From: Octopus vulgaris
Lineage: Eukaryota
Direction of reading: 5' to 3'
NCBI GenBank assembly: GCA_951406725.2
Contig: OX597821.1
Span: forward strand, 116,312,001-116,376,000
Length of the DNA: 64,000 bases
Shown: positions 11,501 to 24,780 of the stretch, piece by piece
Numbering within the stretch: position 1 is the first letter of the stretch
Layout: each line of letters starts with the position of its first letter
The notes under the pieces: model-generated
What the model saw: only the letters and a program-made list of their open reading frames with translations
Database searches by the model: none
What the model was told of the DNA's origin: nothing
Made by a program: the position numbers and the translations under genes

Positions 11501-12659
11501 ATAAAAGTTTTATTAATGAAAGCAAAAATATCTAAATTTTAAATTGATCTTTTAAATAAGTAGAAATTTAGAAAAATATGCTAATTATTACCGGAGGACG
11601 ATTCCCATCCAATAGTCATTTGATCTGAATTACTTTCTTGAGGCTTAGACTCGTTTAGTTAAACAAATCAGTCTTTCCATTAAATTCTTACTGTTTAGAC
11701 CTATTCTAAATCTTTGTTCTTCTCTAATTTTTCAGTAATTCAAATTATTATAAATCAATAAATTTTTAATTTGTTGCCAACTTTTTATTCAATGCTGTAT
11801 GACTTAAGGCAAAAAATTTTTTTCAATGTTTCAAATCATGACAAAATATTGAAATTGTTTTATGAGCTCTAAATATTTTATCTTTTCAGGTATAATTACC
11901 TCTTTGCTATTAATGTTTCCTGCCTTTTGAAAATTGAGTCTGCTGATTCTTATTAGATATTCCAATCACGAGTTAAATATACAGGCCATTATAAAATTTA
12001 AATACGCTCTTCATTTGATAAAAGTCTCTATTATTGATTAACATATTCTACTGCCTGTAAAAGCTATCAATGATATCACAGCATGTGGTTGAAATCTCTG
12101 GTGCAATTTACATGAACATTGTCTTGCAATTTATATGAGCGTTGTCTTTGTATGTTTTAAGTAAGAAAATAATGTTAGAACATAGTATATATTTTTAAAT
12201 ATTTTTGAAAGAATATCCATAAAAATAGTCTTGGGCGTAACGATTTGAAGAGCTTGATTGCTATTTTGGAGAAAAGTACTTAAGTAAGACAAATTAAGTT
12301 TTGTGATAGTTTCATTTTTAATTAGTTTCTTGTAGTCTCCATATAATATCAATTTGACAACTTTGTTTTGTTAACTTCTGGCATTTTTAGCTAATTATCA
12401 CCATCATAGTTTTAATATCCACTTTTCTACAGTTTGGTACCTTTGTATAGCCAAGCCCTACCTGTTTCCAACCATGGTGGTAATATTTCCTCATTGCAAG
12501 TTATGTTTTCACAGAATATTGGAAATTAATGACTGCTTGTATAACAGTGACACTCATTTATAATTATCACACTATATCATGACAAATAGAACCTAAATGT
12601 GGACACACTCACTCACCTCTAAACACACACACACACACATTTATATATGTACACATGCT

Positions 12660-12881
12660 TGTGTAGACTTGTCCAGCCAAGTGAGATCATAGTTGTGGCC
12701 AATGCCAGTGTAAAAAGCACCCGCTGCATCTTCAGAGTGGTTGGCGTTAGGAAGAGCGTCCAACTGTAGAAACCTTACAAAATCAGACTGGAACTTGGTG
12801 CAGCTCTCCGGCTTACCAGTTCCAGTCAAACCGTCCAACCCATGCCAGCATGGAAAATGGACATTAAGCAATGATGATGAT
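12660..12881 (+). mobile_element. RTE-LINE 3' end (family R)
   Basis: GGTTGGCGTTAGGAAG..C.TCCA.CTGTAGAAAC...CCAACCCATGCCAGCATGGAAAATGGAC plus a (GAT)n tail. Confidence 0.85.
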
Positions 12882-12894
12882 TACACACACACAC

Positions 12895-13045
12895 AACAGG
12901 TTTCTTTCAATTTTTGTCTATCAGACTCACTTACAAGGCTTTGGTTGGCCCTGGGCTAAGATACTTGCTCAAGTTATTGTGTAGTGAGACTGAACTCAAA
13001 ACATTGTGGTTGGAAAAGAAGCTTCTTAACCACAGAACTGTGTCT
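12895..13045 (-). mobile_element. Family-A SINE head
   Basis: CAAGGCTTTGGTTGGCC...GACTGAACTC...TTAACCACA. Confidence 0.7.
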
Positions 13046-13058
13046 GTGACTATTAATA

Positions 13059-13372
13059 ACATCATCATCATTATCATCATCAGCATCATCATCATTTATT
13101 GTCTGTTTTCCATGCTGGCATGGGTTGGATGGTTTGACTGAAGTCTGGAAAGCTAGTCGCTGCACCAGGCTCCGATCTCATCTGGCAATGTTTCTACAGC
13201 TAGATGCCCTTCCTAATGCCAGCCACTCCGAGAGTGTAGTGGGTGCTTTTTACATGTCACTGGCACAGGGACCAGTCAGGTGAGCCTGGCATCGAACATG
13301 TTCGGATAGTGCTTTTTATGTGCCACCAGTACGGGAGCCAGTCAGGTGGCACTGGCATGAGCCATGTTTGGA
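13059..13372 (-). mobile_element. RTE-LINE 3' end (family R), two ~60-bp subrepeats
   Basis: Same motifs as 5447-5945. Confidence 0.85.
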
Positions 13373-14582
13373 TTTTGAAAATTTCATTCTCAGAAAATAG
13401 AGAGGCACAATAACTAAAGAAACATAGTGACTGTAAAGTTAAGTTGTTGAACTATTGGTTACATGTAATGAATTCAGATGTTTAACTTGCTGTTGTAGTA
13501 TGCTTCCGGATAAGGTTTGCCTGACTGACAAAAACCAGTTTGTATTCCTTATTCATGAATTGGGTGGCCAATAGTGTGAAGAATATAAAGTAAGTTGTAG
13601 AAGCAATTGTTTCAATGCAAAACCACCTCAGTCTTGGGAAACTTAATGTAAAAGAAAAGTTAAAAATGAAAAGTTAAAATGAAGTATTTTATGTGCTTAA
13701 TCATTAAAATATTAATCCAAACCTTTAAAACAGTATTCAAAATACTTGATAATTTCATTATTGCTGGATAGTTTCCTAGACAATTTTATTATTAATTGTT
13801 ATTAAAAGTCGATCATAAATTTAATTTCATTGCTGCTTGTTAATAATTTAGTGATATATATAGAAAGTATCTATAAGCTATTAATGCCCTTTGAGCTACT
13901 TCACTTAGAAGAGTATTCATGTATTGCCTGTATAGTTTCTGAATCAATTCCTATGTGGCATACTTTGCATATGAATGTTTTGGTTGGTCTGTTAGATAAC
14001 TGAAAGAGAATATTGAAAAATGACGTAGTATGTTACTGAACAAGTTATCTATGGCTTAATGAATTAAACTTACTTCTGCAACATTCATATTATTGTGACA
14101 GACTCATTGGTTCAATGATGTAAAGACACCAAACTAGAAGCTTAACCATATTTTGATCCAGACCTCTCAGCCTGTGTCCAAATTCTATGAAGGTTGCTTT
14201 CTGTTTTTGTCTCTCTCAGTTCAATAAAATGTGTAATAAACTGGAATTGATTCAGTTGACCCTTAGTAAAACTGGCTGCTGCTGCTGATACCACCACCAC
14301 CACCACCACCATCATTGTTGTTGTCATAGTCATCGTCATCGTCATCATCGTCATCATGTTGATAGTCACTTTTCTCTGCTTGCATGGGTTGGGCAGAGTT
14401 TATTTAGGCAAATTTTCTACAGCCAGATGCCCTGTCTCTTGCTGACTATTACCTGTTTCCAAGCAGAGTAATATTTCCCCATGGCCAAACATATTTTTGT
14501 AGGATATTGGAAATGAATGGTGCTCATTTACAATGGTCAGGCAATGTCAAGACAGAGATACAAACATATACTCTCTCCCCTT

Positions 14583-14616
<34 letters not shown>

Positions 14617-14979
14617 GTGTGTGTGTGCATGTATACGACAAGCTTCTTTCAGTTTCTGTGTTCCAAAATCCTTTCACAAGCCTTGTGTGTAAATAACAAG
14701 GCTAAACAATATAACAGCAAGACAACAGCTTGCTTTAAAACGTGTGTTTACTTTTAAAAGCCATGCCCAGCACAAGTACCTGTGCATATAGATTTGTTGT
14801 GTATTTATCATATAAGACATCAGCACTACCTTTTCTTTGTAGACCAATTTTAGTTTTAAAATACTCTTTCTTCATTGGTTGAAGTCCAACATGAAGTTTG
14901 TGTAAGTCTTACACTCCTCTGCCTCCATTTCTTATTTTTTGTGTTATGTCATTATTCTTATATCTTTTACTTGTTTAGT

Positions 14980-15367
14980 GTGGAGGTGCAATGGCCCAGT
15001 GGTTAGGGCAGTGGACTCATGGTCATAGGATTGCAGTTTCGATTCCCTGACCAGGCGTTGTGAGTGCTTATTAAGCAAAAAAACCTAAATCTCCACGAGG
15101 CTCCAGCAGTGGATGGTAGCAGACCCTCCTGTACACTTTCACCACAACTTTCTCTCACTCTTTCCTCTTGTTTCTATTGTACCTGTATTTCAAAGGGCCA
15201 GCCTTGTCACACACTGTGTCATGCTGAATTTCCCTGAGAACTACGTTAAGGGCACAGGTGTCTGTGGAGTGCTCAGCCACTTGCATGTTAATTTCACGAG
15301 CAGACTGTTTCATTGATCGGATCAACTGGAACCCTCGTCGTCGTAACCAACGGAATACCATGATTCG
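14980..15367 (+). mobile_element. Family-C tRNA-derived SINE, full length, with 11-bp TSD
   Basis: A-box TGGCCCAGTGG and B-box GTTTCGATTCC. TSD ACTTGTTTAGT at 14969-14979 and 15368-15378. Inserted in the tail of a family-A SINE; second copy at 19050-19305. Confidence 0.85.
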
Positions 15368-15802
15368 ACTTGTTTAGTAAAAAGTAGAAAATGGCCATGA
15401 TGTTGCAGAACTTGCCTTGATGGATTTTAGTTGAATGAATCAGCTCCAATATTTATCCTTTTAAGGCCTGGGACCCATTCTATTTGTCTATCATAAATAA
15501 GCCAACAGCAGTTGTGAAGCAGTGGTCAGGATAAACTCAAGCACAAACATGCTTAGTTATACACACACACACACATATATATACATATCAGTTGAACCTT
15601 ATTCAACTGATATATTATTCTATATACATTTACACAAATTTGGGGGAAAAAATATATTTATATATATATATGTCATCATCATCATCCTCATTGTTGTTTA
15701 ACATGCGCTTTGCTTTCCATGCTGGCATATATTGGACTGTATGTATGTATATATATATTGTAGAATAACAAAAAGAAAGTTCTTGGCACAGTATTATATA
15801 TT

Positions 15803-15911
15803 TGAAAAAGAGAGTAGAAATGGCTTTTTGCAGGGATAATTTCTATTTTAGAAATAATGTCTTTTATTCAAATAAAAATTATCCAAAAATAGCCATATCT
15901 ACTCATTTTCA
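15803..15911. mobile_element. Small foldback/MITE-like element
   Basis: Imperfect ~36-bp TIRs: TGAAAAAGAGAGTAGAAATGGCTTTTTG..GGATAATTT versus the reverse complement TGAAAATGAGTAGATATGGCTATTTTTGGATAATTT. Confidence 0.55.
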
Positions 15912-16055
15912 CACACACACACATATATATATATACACACATACACACAAACATATATACACATACATATATATCTTCATCCTCCTCTATTTTATCACCA
16001 TCATCATCATCATCATCATCATCATCATTATTTAATGTCCTTTTTTTCACCCTCA

Positions 16056-16107
<52 letters not shown>

Positions 16108-16237
16108 CAGAGAAGGATGTTAAATGTATATGTATTGATGTGTGTGTGTGTGTGTGTAATATATATGTATACATATATGTTTAGCCTGCTGAAATGGATT
16201 GACAGGTTTGCATATAACATCTTAAGGTACATCTTTT

Positions 16238-16334
16238 TTTCGCTGATGAGATTATGCTCATGTCACATAAATGCAAATTTAATGTACAAATTTGCAATTA
16301 AATTATTGAGTATTAATTGAAACGGCTGTAGGAA
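16238..16334 (+). ncRNA. Type I hammerhead ribozyme motif (Penelope-type)
   Basis: Core CUGAUGA at 16243-16249. Stem II GAUUAUGCUCA/UGAGUAUUAAUU has an inner hairpin UGCAAAUUU/AAAUUUGCA. GAAA at 16319-16322, near-palindromic stem III ACGGCUGU and a GUA cleavage triplet follow. Stem I is weak (UUC/GAA with a G.G mismatch). Confidence 0.7.
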
Positions 16335-16414
16335 CTGAAGATGATCAATTTGTTAATAATAAATAATTGTTAGCTTCCTTATCTCCATTTTCTTTTCTTC
16401 TTTTAAGATATATA

Positions 16415-16817
16415 TGCCTGTGTATGTGATAAGAAGCTTGCTTTCCAACCACATGGCTTCAGGTTCAGTCCCACTGTGTGTTACCCTGGGCAAGTGTCTT
16501 CTACTATAGCCTTGGGCTGACCAAAGCCTTGTGAGTGGATTTGACTGAAACTGAAAGAAGCCCATCGTACGTGTGTATATATATATATATATAGGTATAA
16601 GTATGTGTCTGTTTGTTCCCCACCACCACTGCTTGACAACTAACGTTGGTGTCTTTATATCCCCATAACTAGGCAGTTCAGCAAAAGAGACTGATACAAT
16701 AAGTACTAGGCTTTAAAAATTAAGTCTTAGGGGCGATTCATTCAACTAAAATCCTTCAAGGCAGTGCTCCAGCATGGCTGCAGTCAAATGACTAAAACAA
16801 GTAAAAGAATAAAAGAA
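16415..16817 (+). mobile_element. Family-A SINE, near full length
   Basis: tRNA-like head (GGTTCAGTCCC), CORE-like CCTGGGCAAGTGTCTT, internal TA tract and GACTAAAACAAGTAAAAGAATAAAAG tail. Confidence 0.9.
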
Positions 16818-17423
16818 TATGTACATATTCACACACACACACATGATGGGCTTCTTTTAGTTTCTGCTTACCAAATGCACTCGCTAGGCATTGGTCAGCT
16901 TTGGGCATACTAGAAGGCACTTGCCGAAGATGCCATGCAGTGGAACTGAACCTGTCATTGTAAACCAATATTGCTGCTTTCCTACTTAATTGGTTTATGG
17001 CTAAATCACCAGCAATGACAAGATAAAAAAATTGTATGGTTACATTGTCTCTAATTAACATTGGTGTACTGAGTACATTTAGATATTTAGGTGTAAAGAT
17101 ATTAGTACAATTCTTGCATGATAATTGACAGATTAAATTACAAAGTAAACGATTCCTTGATGAAATATGCAAAGCTAAGATGAAAGTCAATATAAATCAA
17201 GCTTTAATTTACTAAAAGTTCCTCTGACACCCAGCAGAACTATTGAAATAGTAGTTTACAAGAGTAATTATTGCAGCAATGGTAATTGGTTGTAATTGCC
17301 GAATCTTGCAGAAATTTAGCCATATTCACATGAAATTATTTTATTCTTGCCCTCCAAAAATGTAAGGCTATATACATATAGATACATACATACATACATA
17401 CATACATACATACATACATACAT

Positions 17424-17470
<47 letters not shown>

Positions 17471-17591
17471 ATATTTTTAGAATATCTCAAAATTTCAAAA
17501 TTTTTATAATCATGCGCAACAATATATTAGAGTTTAATCCTATCTTTTGATATTTTTTCTTCTTTTTTTGTTTTCAGTTTTTACTAGTTTC

Positions 17592-17825
17592 ATGTTTCTT
17601 TATTGCCCACGAGGGACTAAACATAGAGGGGACAAACAAGGACAGACAGAGGGATTAAATCGATTACATTGACTCCAGTGCATAACTGGTACTTTATTTA
17701 TCGACCCCGAAAGGATGAAAGGCAAAGTCGACCTTGGTGGAATTTGAACTCAGAACATAACGACAGACGAAATACCGCTAAGCATTTCGCCTGGCATGCT
17801 AACGTTTCTGCCAGCATACCGCCTT
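17592..17825 (-). mobile_element. Family-B SINE, full length, ~15-bp TSD
   Basis: TTTTTACTAGTTTCA on both sides; nested in the tail of a family-A SINE. Confidence 0.9.
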
Positions 17826-18285
17826 TTTTACTAGTTTCAGTCATTAGACTGTGGCCATTATGGAGCACCACCTTGAAGAATTTTTAGTTGAATGAATCCA
17901 CACCAGTACTTTTTTATATTAAAACCTGGTACTTATTCTATTGGTGTCTTTTGCTGAACTGCTAAGTTACAGGGACATAAACAAACCAACCTTGGTTGTC
18001 AAGTGGTGATGGGAGACAAACATCAAGACACACACAAATATATTTATATATGATGGATTTCCTTCAGTTTCTGTCTACTAAATCCATTCAACTGAAAGAA
18101 ACTGAAAGAATCCTATATATATATGATGGGCTTCTTTCAGTTTCTATGTGCCAAATCCACTCACAAGGCTTTGGTTGACACAAGGCCATAGTGGAAGACC
18201 CTTGCCCAAGGTGCTATGCTGTAGGACTGAGTGCTGAGACATTTGGTTGGGAAGCAAGCTTCTTACCACACAGCTACACCTGCAC
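17826..18285 (-). mobile_element. Family-A SINE
   Basis: Tail, core and head motifs in reverse orientation, with a small internal duplication. Confidence 0.85.
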
Positions 18286-18596
18286 TTATATGCGCAGAAC
18301 AATGCAGCACAATGCAGACAGTTCATTGGTTGTAGTATTTGATAAGATTGCTGTGAAAGTATTTCATCAGGTGTTAGTCAAAGTGATCCTCCATTATATC
18401 ATTACTTTTAGTTGAGTTCTCACATCAGAGCTAACTTGAGCCTTATCTGGAGTGTCTCTTGATGGGACCAAGTCTTAAATTACTATGGTATCTTGTGAAT
18501 GACTGGGAAAACAAACAGGAACATACTGGGGGTTTGTTTCCAATAGTTCATCTTCTTGGATTAAGTGACATCACTATTATAAATATACCTAATGAT

Positions 18597-19001
18597 TGGC
18601 ACAGGCATGGCTGTGTAGTAAGGCGGCGAGCTGGCAGAAACATTAGCATGGTGGGTGAAATGCTTAGCGGTATTTCGTCTGTCTTTATGTTCTGAGTTCA
18701 AATTTCGCCAAGGTCGACTTTGCCTTTCATTCTTTCGGGGTTGATAAATTAAGTACCAGTTACACACTGGGGTCTATGTAATCGACTTAATCCCTTTGTC
18801 TGTCCTTGTCTGTCCCCTCTATGTTTAGCCCCTTGTGGGCAATAAAGAAATAAGAAGCTTGCTTCACAACTGCATGGTTCTGGGTTCAGTCCCACTGTGT
18901 GGTACCTTGGGCAAGTGTATCTTCTGCTATAGCTTCTGGCTACCAAAGCCTTATGAGTGGATTTGGTAGATGGAAACTGAAAGAAGCTCATTGTGTATAT
19001 A

Positions 19002-19040
<39 letters not shown>
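18597..19040 (+). mobile_element. Family-A SINE interrupted at its head by a family-B SINE (18620-18855)
   Basis: GGCATGGCTGTGTAGTAAG | family-B copy | AAGCTTGCTTCACAAC...GGGTTCAGTCCC. Confidence 0.9.
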
Positions 19041-19042
<2 letters not shown>

Positions 19043-19049
19043 CTTTATG

Positions 19050-19305
19050 CATGTACCCTTAACATAGTTCTCAGGGAGATTCAGCATGACACAGGGCATG
19101 ATAAGGCTGGCCCTTTGGAATACAGGTACAACAGAAACAGGAAGAAAGAGTGAGAGAAAGTTGTGGTGAAAGAGCTTCATGGAGCTTTAGGTGTTTTGGT
19201 GTTTTCGCTCAAAAAACACTCACAACACCCAGTCTGGGAATCAAAACCACGATCCTATGACCGTGAGTCCACTGCCCTAACCACCCTGGGCCATTGTGCC
19301 TCCAC
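19050..19305 (-). mobile_element. Family-C SINE (3'-truncated)
   Basis: Reverse complement of about 14980-15260. Confidence 0.85.
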
Positions 19306-20514
19306 AGAAAATGATGTAGCCAAAGAAGAAATGGCAGTTTATGAAGAAATGTAACAACGAGGAAAAGCAAAAGGAAAGCGTGAATATTTATTAATGTCAG
19401 TCAACAAATGTTTATTACTTGATAGTGGACCCATTAAATCAATGTTTATATGATCAAAGAGACATAGATTTAATTAACTGATGTGTTTTCTGGACAATAG
19501 TATCGTAGATTTGGCTTTTGGCAAATATAACAACCAAAAAACAACTTATTTACATTTAATGTCATTTTGCAAATGCAGAAGCTTTTGTACTTGAACAAAT
19601 TAGGTCAACTGCTTCAAGCCAGGGCAGCAGAGAAATTTGTGCAGTTCTAAAGAGGTTACTCTATGAAACAGTAACACAAAAATATGTGATAGAGTATTTC
19701 TTGAGAGCACGACATAAATTTCAATCTCCAGTGTGATATTTTCTAATTCTTAATTTTACTGTTATGTGTTATGTCAAATATATAAGCTACAAATATGCTT
19801 GACTCTTTAATAAACAAAATAAGAAAAGCAGGACAAAATATTTTCAAAGGCTATTTCTGTCACAAATTTTACCTGATAAATGTATCTTTATTTTTATTCT
19901 TTTTTTTTAATTATTAAACTGAAGTAAATCCACTCATTGACTTAAATTTACAAAAGTTTTAAAAACAATTTGTCCCTCATTCATAACAATGATGCTACTA
20001 CTAATAATGAGGTTAACTGTCAATTAGTTATGTTAAAACCTTTTATCATTTAATGGCAATTTTGTGGTTGATAAGGCTACTGTGATTTTTTTTTCTGATT
20101 TTTTTTTCTTTGTATGACTCATGACGCATGACTTTTGACTATGTTTTCAGTATCTTAATATTCTTTGCTCATCTTCAACTTCAAACATTGTGTAAATGAA
20201 ATCTAGTAAGAAGCTGTTTGATTACAGGAAACCACTTTGCTTTTATTGTCCTATTTATGTTGTGGGCTGATTATACACAGGAGTTTGTCAAGTGAATATC
20301 TGTTTGCCTATTATATTTCTGATAGCAACAGATTACATATAATCTAGTGTTTGTACTATAAGACTCAGACTATTTAACTAGATATTTTATTTTGATAAAG
20401 ATTTGAATTTCAGACACCAACTGTTAATCTTTTTAAATATATTCATAATTCAGTATCTCAGGTAAATGTCCCTAAAATTTAATTTCTCAAAAAGTATCAA
20501 AATTGTAGCATTTT

Positions 20515-20719
20515 TCTTTTATTCTTTTACTTGTTTCAGTCATTTGACTGCGGCCATGCTGGAGCACCGCCTTTAGTCGAGCAAATCGACCCCGGGACTT
20601 ATTCTTTGTAAGCCCAGTACTTATTCTTTCAGTCTCTTTTGCCGAACCGCTAAGTGACGGGGGACTTAAACACACCAGCATCGGTTGTCAAGCAATGCTA
20701 GGGGGACAAACACAGACAT

Positions 20720-20778
<59 letters not shown>

Positions 20779-20944
20779 TACGACAGGCTTCTTTCAGTTT
20801 CCGTCTACCAAATCCACTCACAAGCCATTGGTCGGCCCGGGGCTATAGCAGAAGACACTTGCCCAAGATGCCACGCAGTGGGACTGAACCCGGAACCATG
20901 TGGTTGGTTAGCAAGCTACTTACCACACAGCCACTCCTGCGCCT
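20515..20944 (-). mobile_element. Family-A tRNA-derived SINE, full length, young (CpG-rich)
   Basis: Head AGGCGCAGGAGTGGCTGTGTGG (A-box) and GGTTCAGTCC (B-box), followed by CORE-like CTTGGGCAAGTGTCTT. Internal (TA)/(TG) tract and a GACTGAAACAAGTAAAAGAATAAAAG tail. Confidence 0.92.
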
Positions 20945-21642
20945 GTTTACATTATTGCAGGAAAAGTATTGTGTTTGTTGTAGATGACAATATTAGTGTG
21001 ACATTGTAGTGGAAACGGAGGAATGCTAAGAAATAGAAACTTTGTATATGTTTTAAAAGGCAAATGCATTAAGCTATCACAAAATGAATATATAGAAACT
21101 AATAAGAATTAGAACTGATCTAATTTGGTTATTTGAAAAATAATATAATCCTTTGATGTTCATGCTGAATAGAATAAACCAACCCTGCTGCGATAGACGG
21201 TGGATGAATATACAGAAATCTTTTATTAAGTTGATGCAAAGCTAAACAGATATTGGTTATTATGCAAAAGAAACCCCGACTGTTACTGCTAGTTATTATC
21301 ATTGCGATGTTCTGTCTCAGAAGTTTTGTCCTGAAATTGAATTTTGAATTACTGAATATACTTCAATATCTCCTTCAAAAGAAATTTATGATCAGCCTAC
21401 AATTTGAAGGTTGGCTATGATTGCCTAATTTAGTTACTTATTCAGTCAAAACTGAGATTTCCATTTTGAAATAATAAATAGTGGCATCCACTTAAATTAC
21501 TAACATTTAGAAGTGAAAGACACCCAAATCAAATGAAATTCTTTGAGAAAATTTGTTCAATAATTTTGTAAACAATAAAGGTGAATGTAGAGTGAGGTGT
21601 CAGTCAGCGTGATTATGAAATCTTATAATTGATGTAATTAAT

Positions 21643-22315
21643 ATCTTTTACTCTTTACTTGTTTCAGTCATTTGACTGTGGCCATGATGGGTCACCACCT
21701 TGAAGGGTCTTAATCAAACAAATTTACCCCAGAGCTTATTCTTAAGTGTGGTACTTATTCTATCAGTCTCTTTTACTGAACCACTAAGTTACATGGCAGT
21801 ACATAAATCAACTCTAGTTCACAAGTGGTGGGGGAACAAACACAAACACTCTCTCTCATGCACACACACACACACACACATGCACACACACACACACCTA
21901 CTTATATCTCCTTGGTAGTCTCTTGTGTCCAAGAAAGACAATTCCACAATTTCATGTTGAACAACCCACACAGATGATTCATTTATAGTGATCAAATGCT
22001 TGTGCTATACATGATCTCACTCACTCCATCAAATCAACATTGCCTGTATAGGTAGCGTTCAAGTGATTGCAGGGCATTACCCAGTCCTGAAACTGGGACC
22101 ATGATCTCACAATCATAATTGCAATACCCTAACGACTAAGGTCACAATCCCTCATATACATAAATCAATCCATCCATCCATCCATCCACCCATCTACACA
22201 AGGCATTGACTGGCCTAGGGCTAAAGTAGTTGAAACTTGCCAAAACAGTGCCATGCAGTAGAACTGAACCTGCAACCATGTGGTTACAAAACAAACTTTT
22301 TAACCACACAGTCAT
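21643..22315 (-). mobile_element. Family-A SINE interrupted by a decayed tRNA-headed SINE (about 21905-22155)
   Basis: Tail at 21643-21900 and head at 22195-22315. The intervening element has a head resembling family C. Confidence 0.65.
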
Positions 22316-22634
22316 TTGAAAATTTTATAAGTAAATAAATCTACTTTAGTTTGGATTTAATTTAATTTCAGTGTGTTAAGAATCTAAAACTCAAATATTG
22401 TAAATTAACTGTTGAATAATGAAAGCTCATCAGAAAGTTCCAAGAAGGTTTTATTGTTTTCTTAATGTTAGACCCTTAAAGAATAAAAAAAGTTTGTGAA
22501 AGTAATTTTAAATGCACATTTTTGTTAGGTTTGTCTGAGAAAAATATTTAAATTTTTTTGAAGCATATCAAATTTGATCATATTAGTAGGAGTAGTTGAT
22601 ATTGAGAACACCCACAAAATAAATAATTTCAAAT

Positions 22635-23350
22635 ACTTGAAGGCTCTTTAGAAGTGGCTGATAGCTTTTGTTATCTTGGTGACCTAATTGGCAGTGGAGG
22701 TTGGGGGTGGGCATTGTTCTGAAGGTATAGTAGGCAGACTAAGAACAGAGTGGGATAAAGTTTAGGGAGCTATCACTTCTGCTGGCATCAATGGGATTCT
22801 TTTTCTGAATGGTGGTGGTGGTGGTGGTCGGTAGAGAGGTTCTATGAGGTTTTTGTACGAAATGTATTGTTGCATCACAGATTAACATTGAATGTAAGGG
22901 ACGTGCAAAAGTTGGAAAGAGATTAAGTTAGCATGCTCCACTTAATGTGTAATGTTATATATATTCTATAAGCACAATACCACCCAGCAGCTCACTGGAT
23001 TCTGTTAAACTGTCCAACCCATACCAGTATTGAAAATGGACGTTAATTGATGATGATGACGACGATGATGATGATGATGACGATGATTATTATTATGAAT
23101 GTGGAGCACAAATGAGCTGAGAGTAAAACTGGAGATAAGAAGAACCAAATGTAGTGTGCAAAAGAGAAGACTGATCTGGTGTAGGCATTTGATGTGCATA
23201 GAAGTGACAAATGGGTTAGGAAATGAATCTAAGCAATTCATGTGGCAGGATTCTGGGGAAGATGAAAACTAAGGAGTATATGGGAAAGAATGGCAAAAAC
23301 TGAACTCTGTAGGCTGAACCTCATGTACCTGAGAAGACCTAATAGTCCCA
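22635..23350 (+). pseudogene. Decayed RTE LINE RT C-terminal fragment
   Basis: GSLEVADSFCYLGDLIGSG...RLRTEW.KFREL; parallels 41630-42200. Confidence 0.75.
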
Positions 23351-23609
23351 AGCAAGTATAAGAAAATGAATGCAAAAGTAAAGGTGGTGCTGCTGATGTT
23401 GGTTATGATGATGGTGATGATGAAAGCCTTGATTATTAAAATTATTCTGAGACATATTGAAAACAAGTGAATCCCTTGCTAATTTTACACAAGAAAATTT
23501 TAGTTTTGTTCTTTTATGTTCTTTTAATCACAGGAGTGAAGGAAATGAAAGCTATTTCATAAAATTCATAATTCTTATATTCAAAATTTACTCCAATCAA
23601 AAGTATTTG

Positions 23610-24050
23610 AAACTCTCTCCAGTGCTGCCGTGAGTGATACATCATTTGCACGATCTGAAGAATATACTGCTAGCATTGCTCAAACGACCTCAACATTAGC
23701 TTCAGAATTCATCCAAGACTGGGACCATGGGCCATGCGTCCCCTACCCAATTCAGGATCACAACACATAAATACACTGCAACACAATTTCTTTTCCTCAA
23801 CAGGCCCTGCCATATTTAAACTGTCTGAAAACAGATCAAAGAGGAAAAGGATCCCATCACCTTTAAATAGAATCAGAACAAATTTCTTCAAGGAATACCA
23901 GATAAGCCTCCTATACCCGGATACAACTCACTCAACAAGAACTCCATACTAAAATGGACCATGATACCACAAAACTTGACTTAAAAGGGATTTAGATAAT
24001 CCTATCAGGTGGTGCTATTAAGTTAGATATGGCCTTTGAAAACTTTTAAT
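23610..24050 (+). pseudogene. CR1-group LINE 3' fragment
   Basis: Translates SLQCCRE*YIICTI*RI...HPRLGP...HNFFSSTGPAIF, matching the SLQRRRERY..I..W.I and SF...GP.LFN motifs. Confidence 0.7.
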
Positions 24051-24063
24051 ACCTATCTCTATA

Positions 24064-24280
24064 TTGGTTTCAGATTTTGGCACAAGGCCAGTAATTTTAA
24101 GGGAGGGGTAAGTTGGTTACATCAGTTCCAATGATTAACTGGTACTTATTTTATCAACCTTGAAAGAAGAAAAGGCAAAAAAGGACCTTGGCAGAATTAG
24201 AACTCAGAACGTAAAGACGGACAAAATGCTACTAAGTGTTTTGCATAGCTTACCAATGATTCTGTCAGCTCATTGCTTCG
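24064..24280 (-). mobile_element. Family-B SINE; similar copies at 28922-29140, 30246-30450, 57055-57250 and 60150-60345(+)
   Basis: TTTTGGCACAAGGCCAG...CTGGTACTTATTTTATC...GAACTCAGAAC block. Confidence 0.8.
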
Positions 24281-24457
24281 ATATCTATTTCTATATTAAA
24301 AGAATTCATATGTCTGTGCATGTTTCATAAAGGAAGTAACAATAATTATGAATTTACGATGAGATCAAAATCGTGGGTTTTATATCTTTTCAACACTATA
24401 CTACACCTCTTTCTGCTCGCCACCTATCAATGTATACACATACATAAAGATGTATGT

Positions 24458-24780
24458 ATTGGTATGGCTGTAAGGTTGAGAGGTTTGCTTCCCAATCACA
24501 TGGTTTCAAATTCAGCTTTACCATGTGGCACCTTGGGCAAATGTCTCCTACTATAGCTTCAAACCCACTAACAAAACTTTGGTTGATGGAAACTGAAAGA
24601 AACCTGTCATGGAAGGTGGATGTTAAATGATGATGATGATGATGATATATATCTATATCTATCTATCTATATAAGTACCAGGCTTACAAAGAATAATTCC
24701 TGGGGTCAGTTTTTCCAATTAAAAACCCTTTAAGGTGGTGCTCCAGCATGGTCACAGTTAAATGACTGAAACAAGTAAAA
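24458..24780 (+). mobile_element. Family-A SINE containing a short RTE-tail insert
   Basis: Head and tail motifs flank CATGGAAGGTGGATGTTAAA(TGA)n. Confidence 0.8.

Noticed and set aside
14980-15055. Functional tRNA gene (also the family-A heads)
   Set aside because: A and B boxes are present but the cloverleaf is degenerate and continues into a SINE body with a TSD.
15585-15613. 12-bp perfect hairpin ATATCAGTTGAA/TTCAACTGATAT
   Set aside because: Short and AT-rich with no supporting context.
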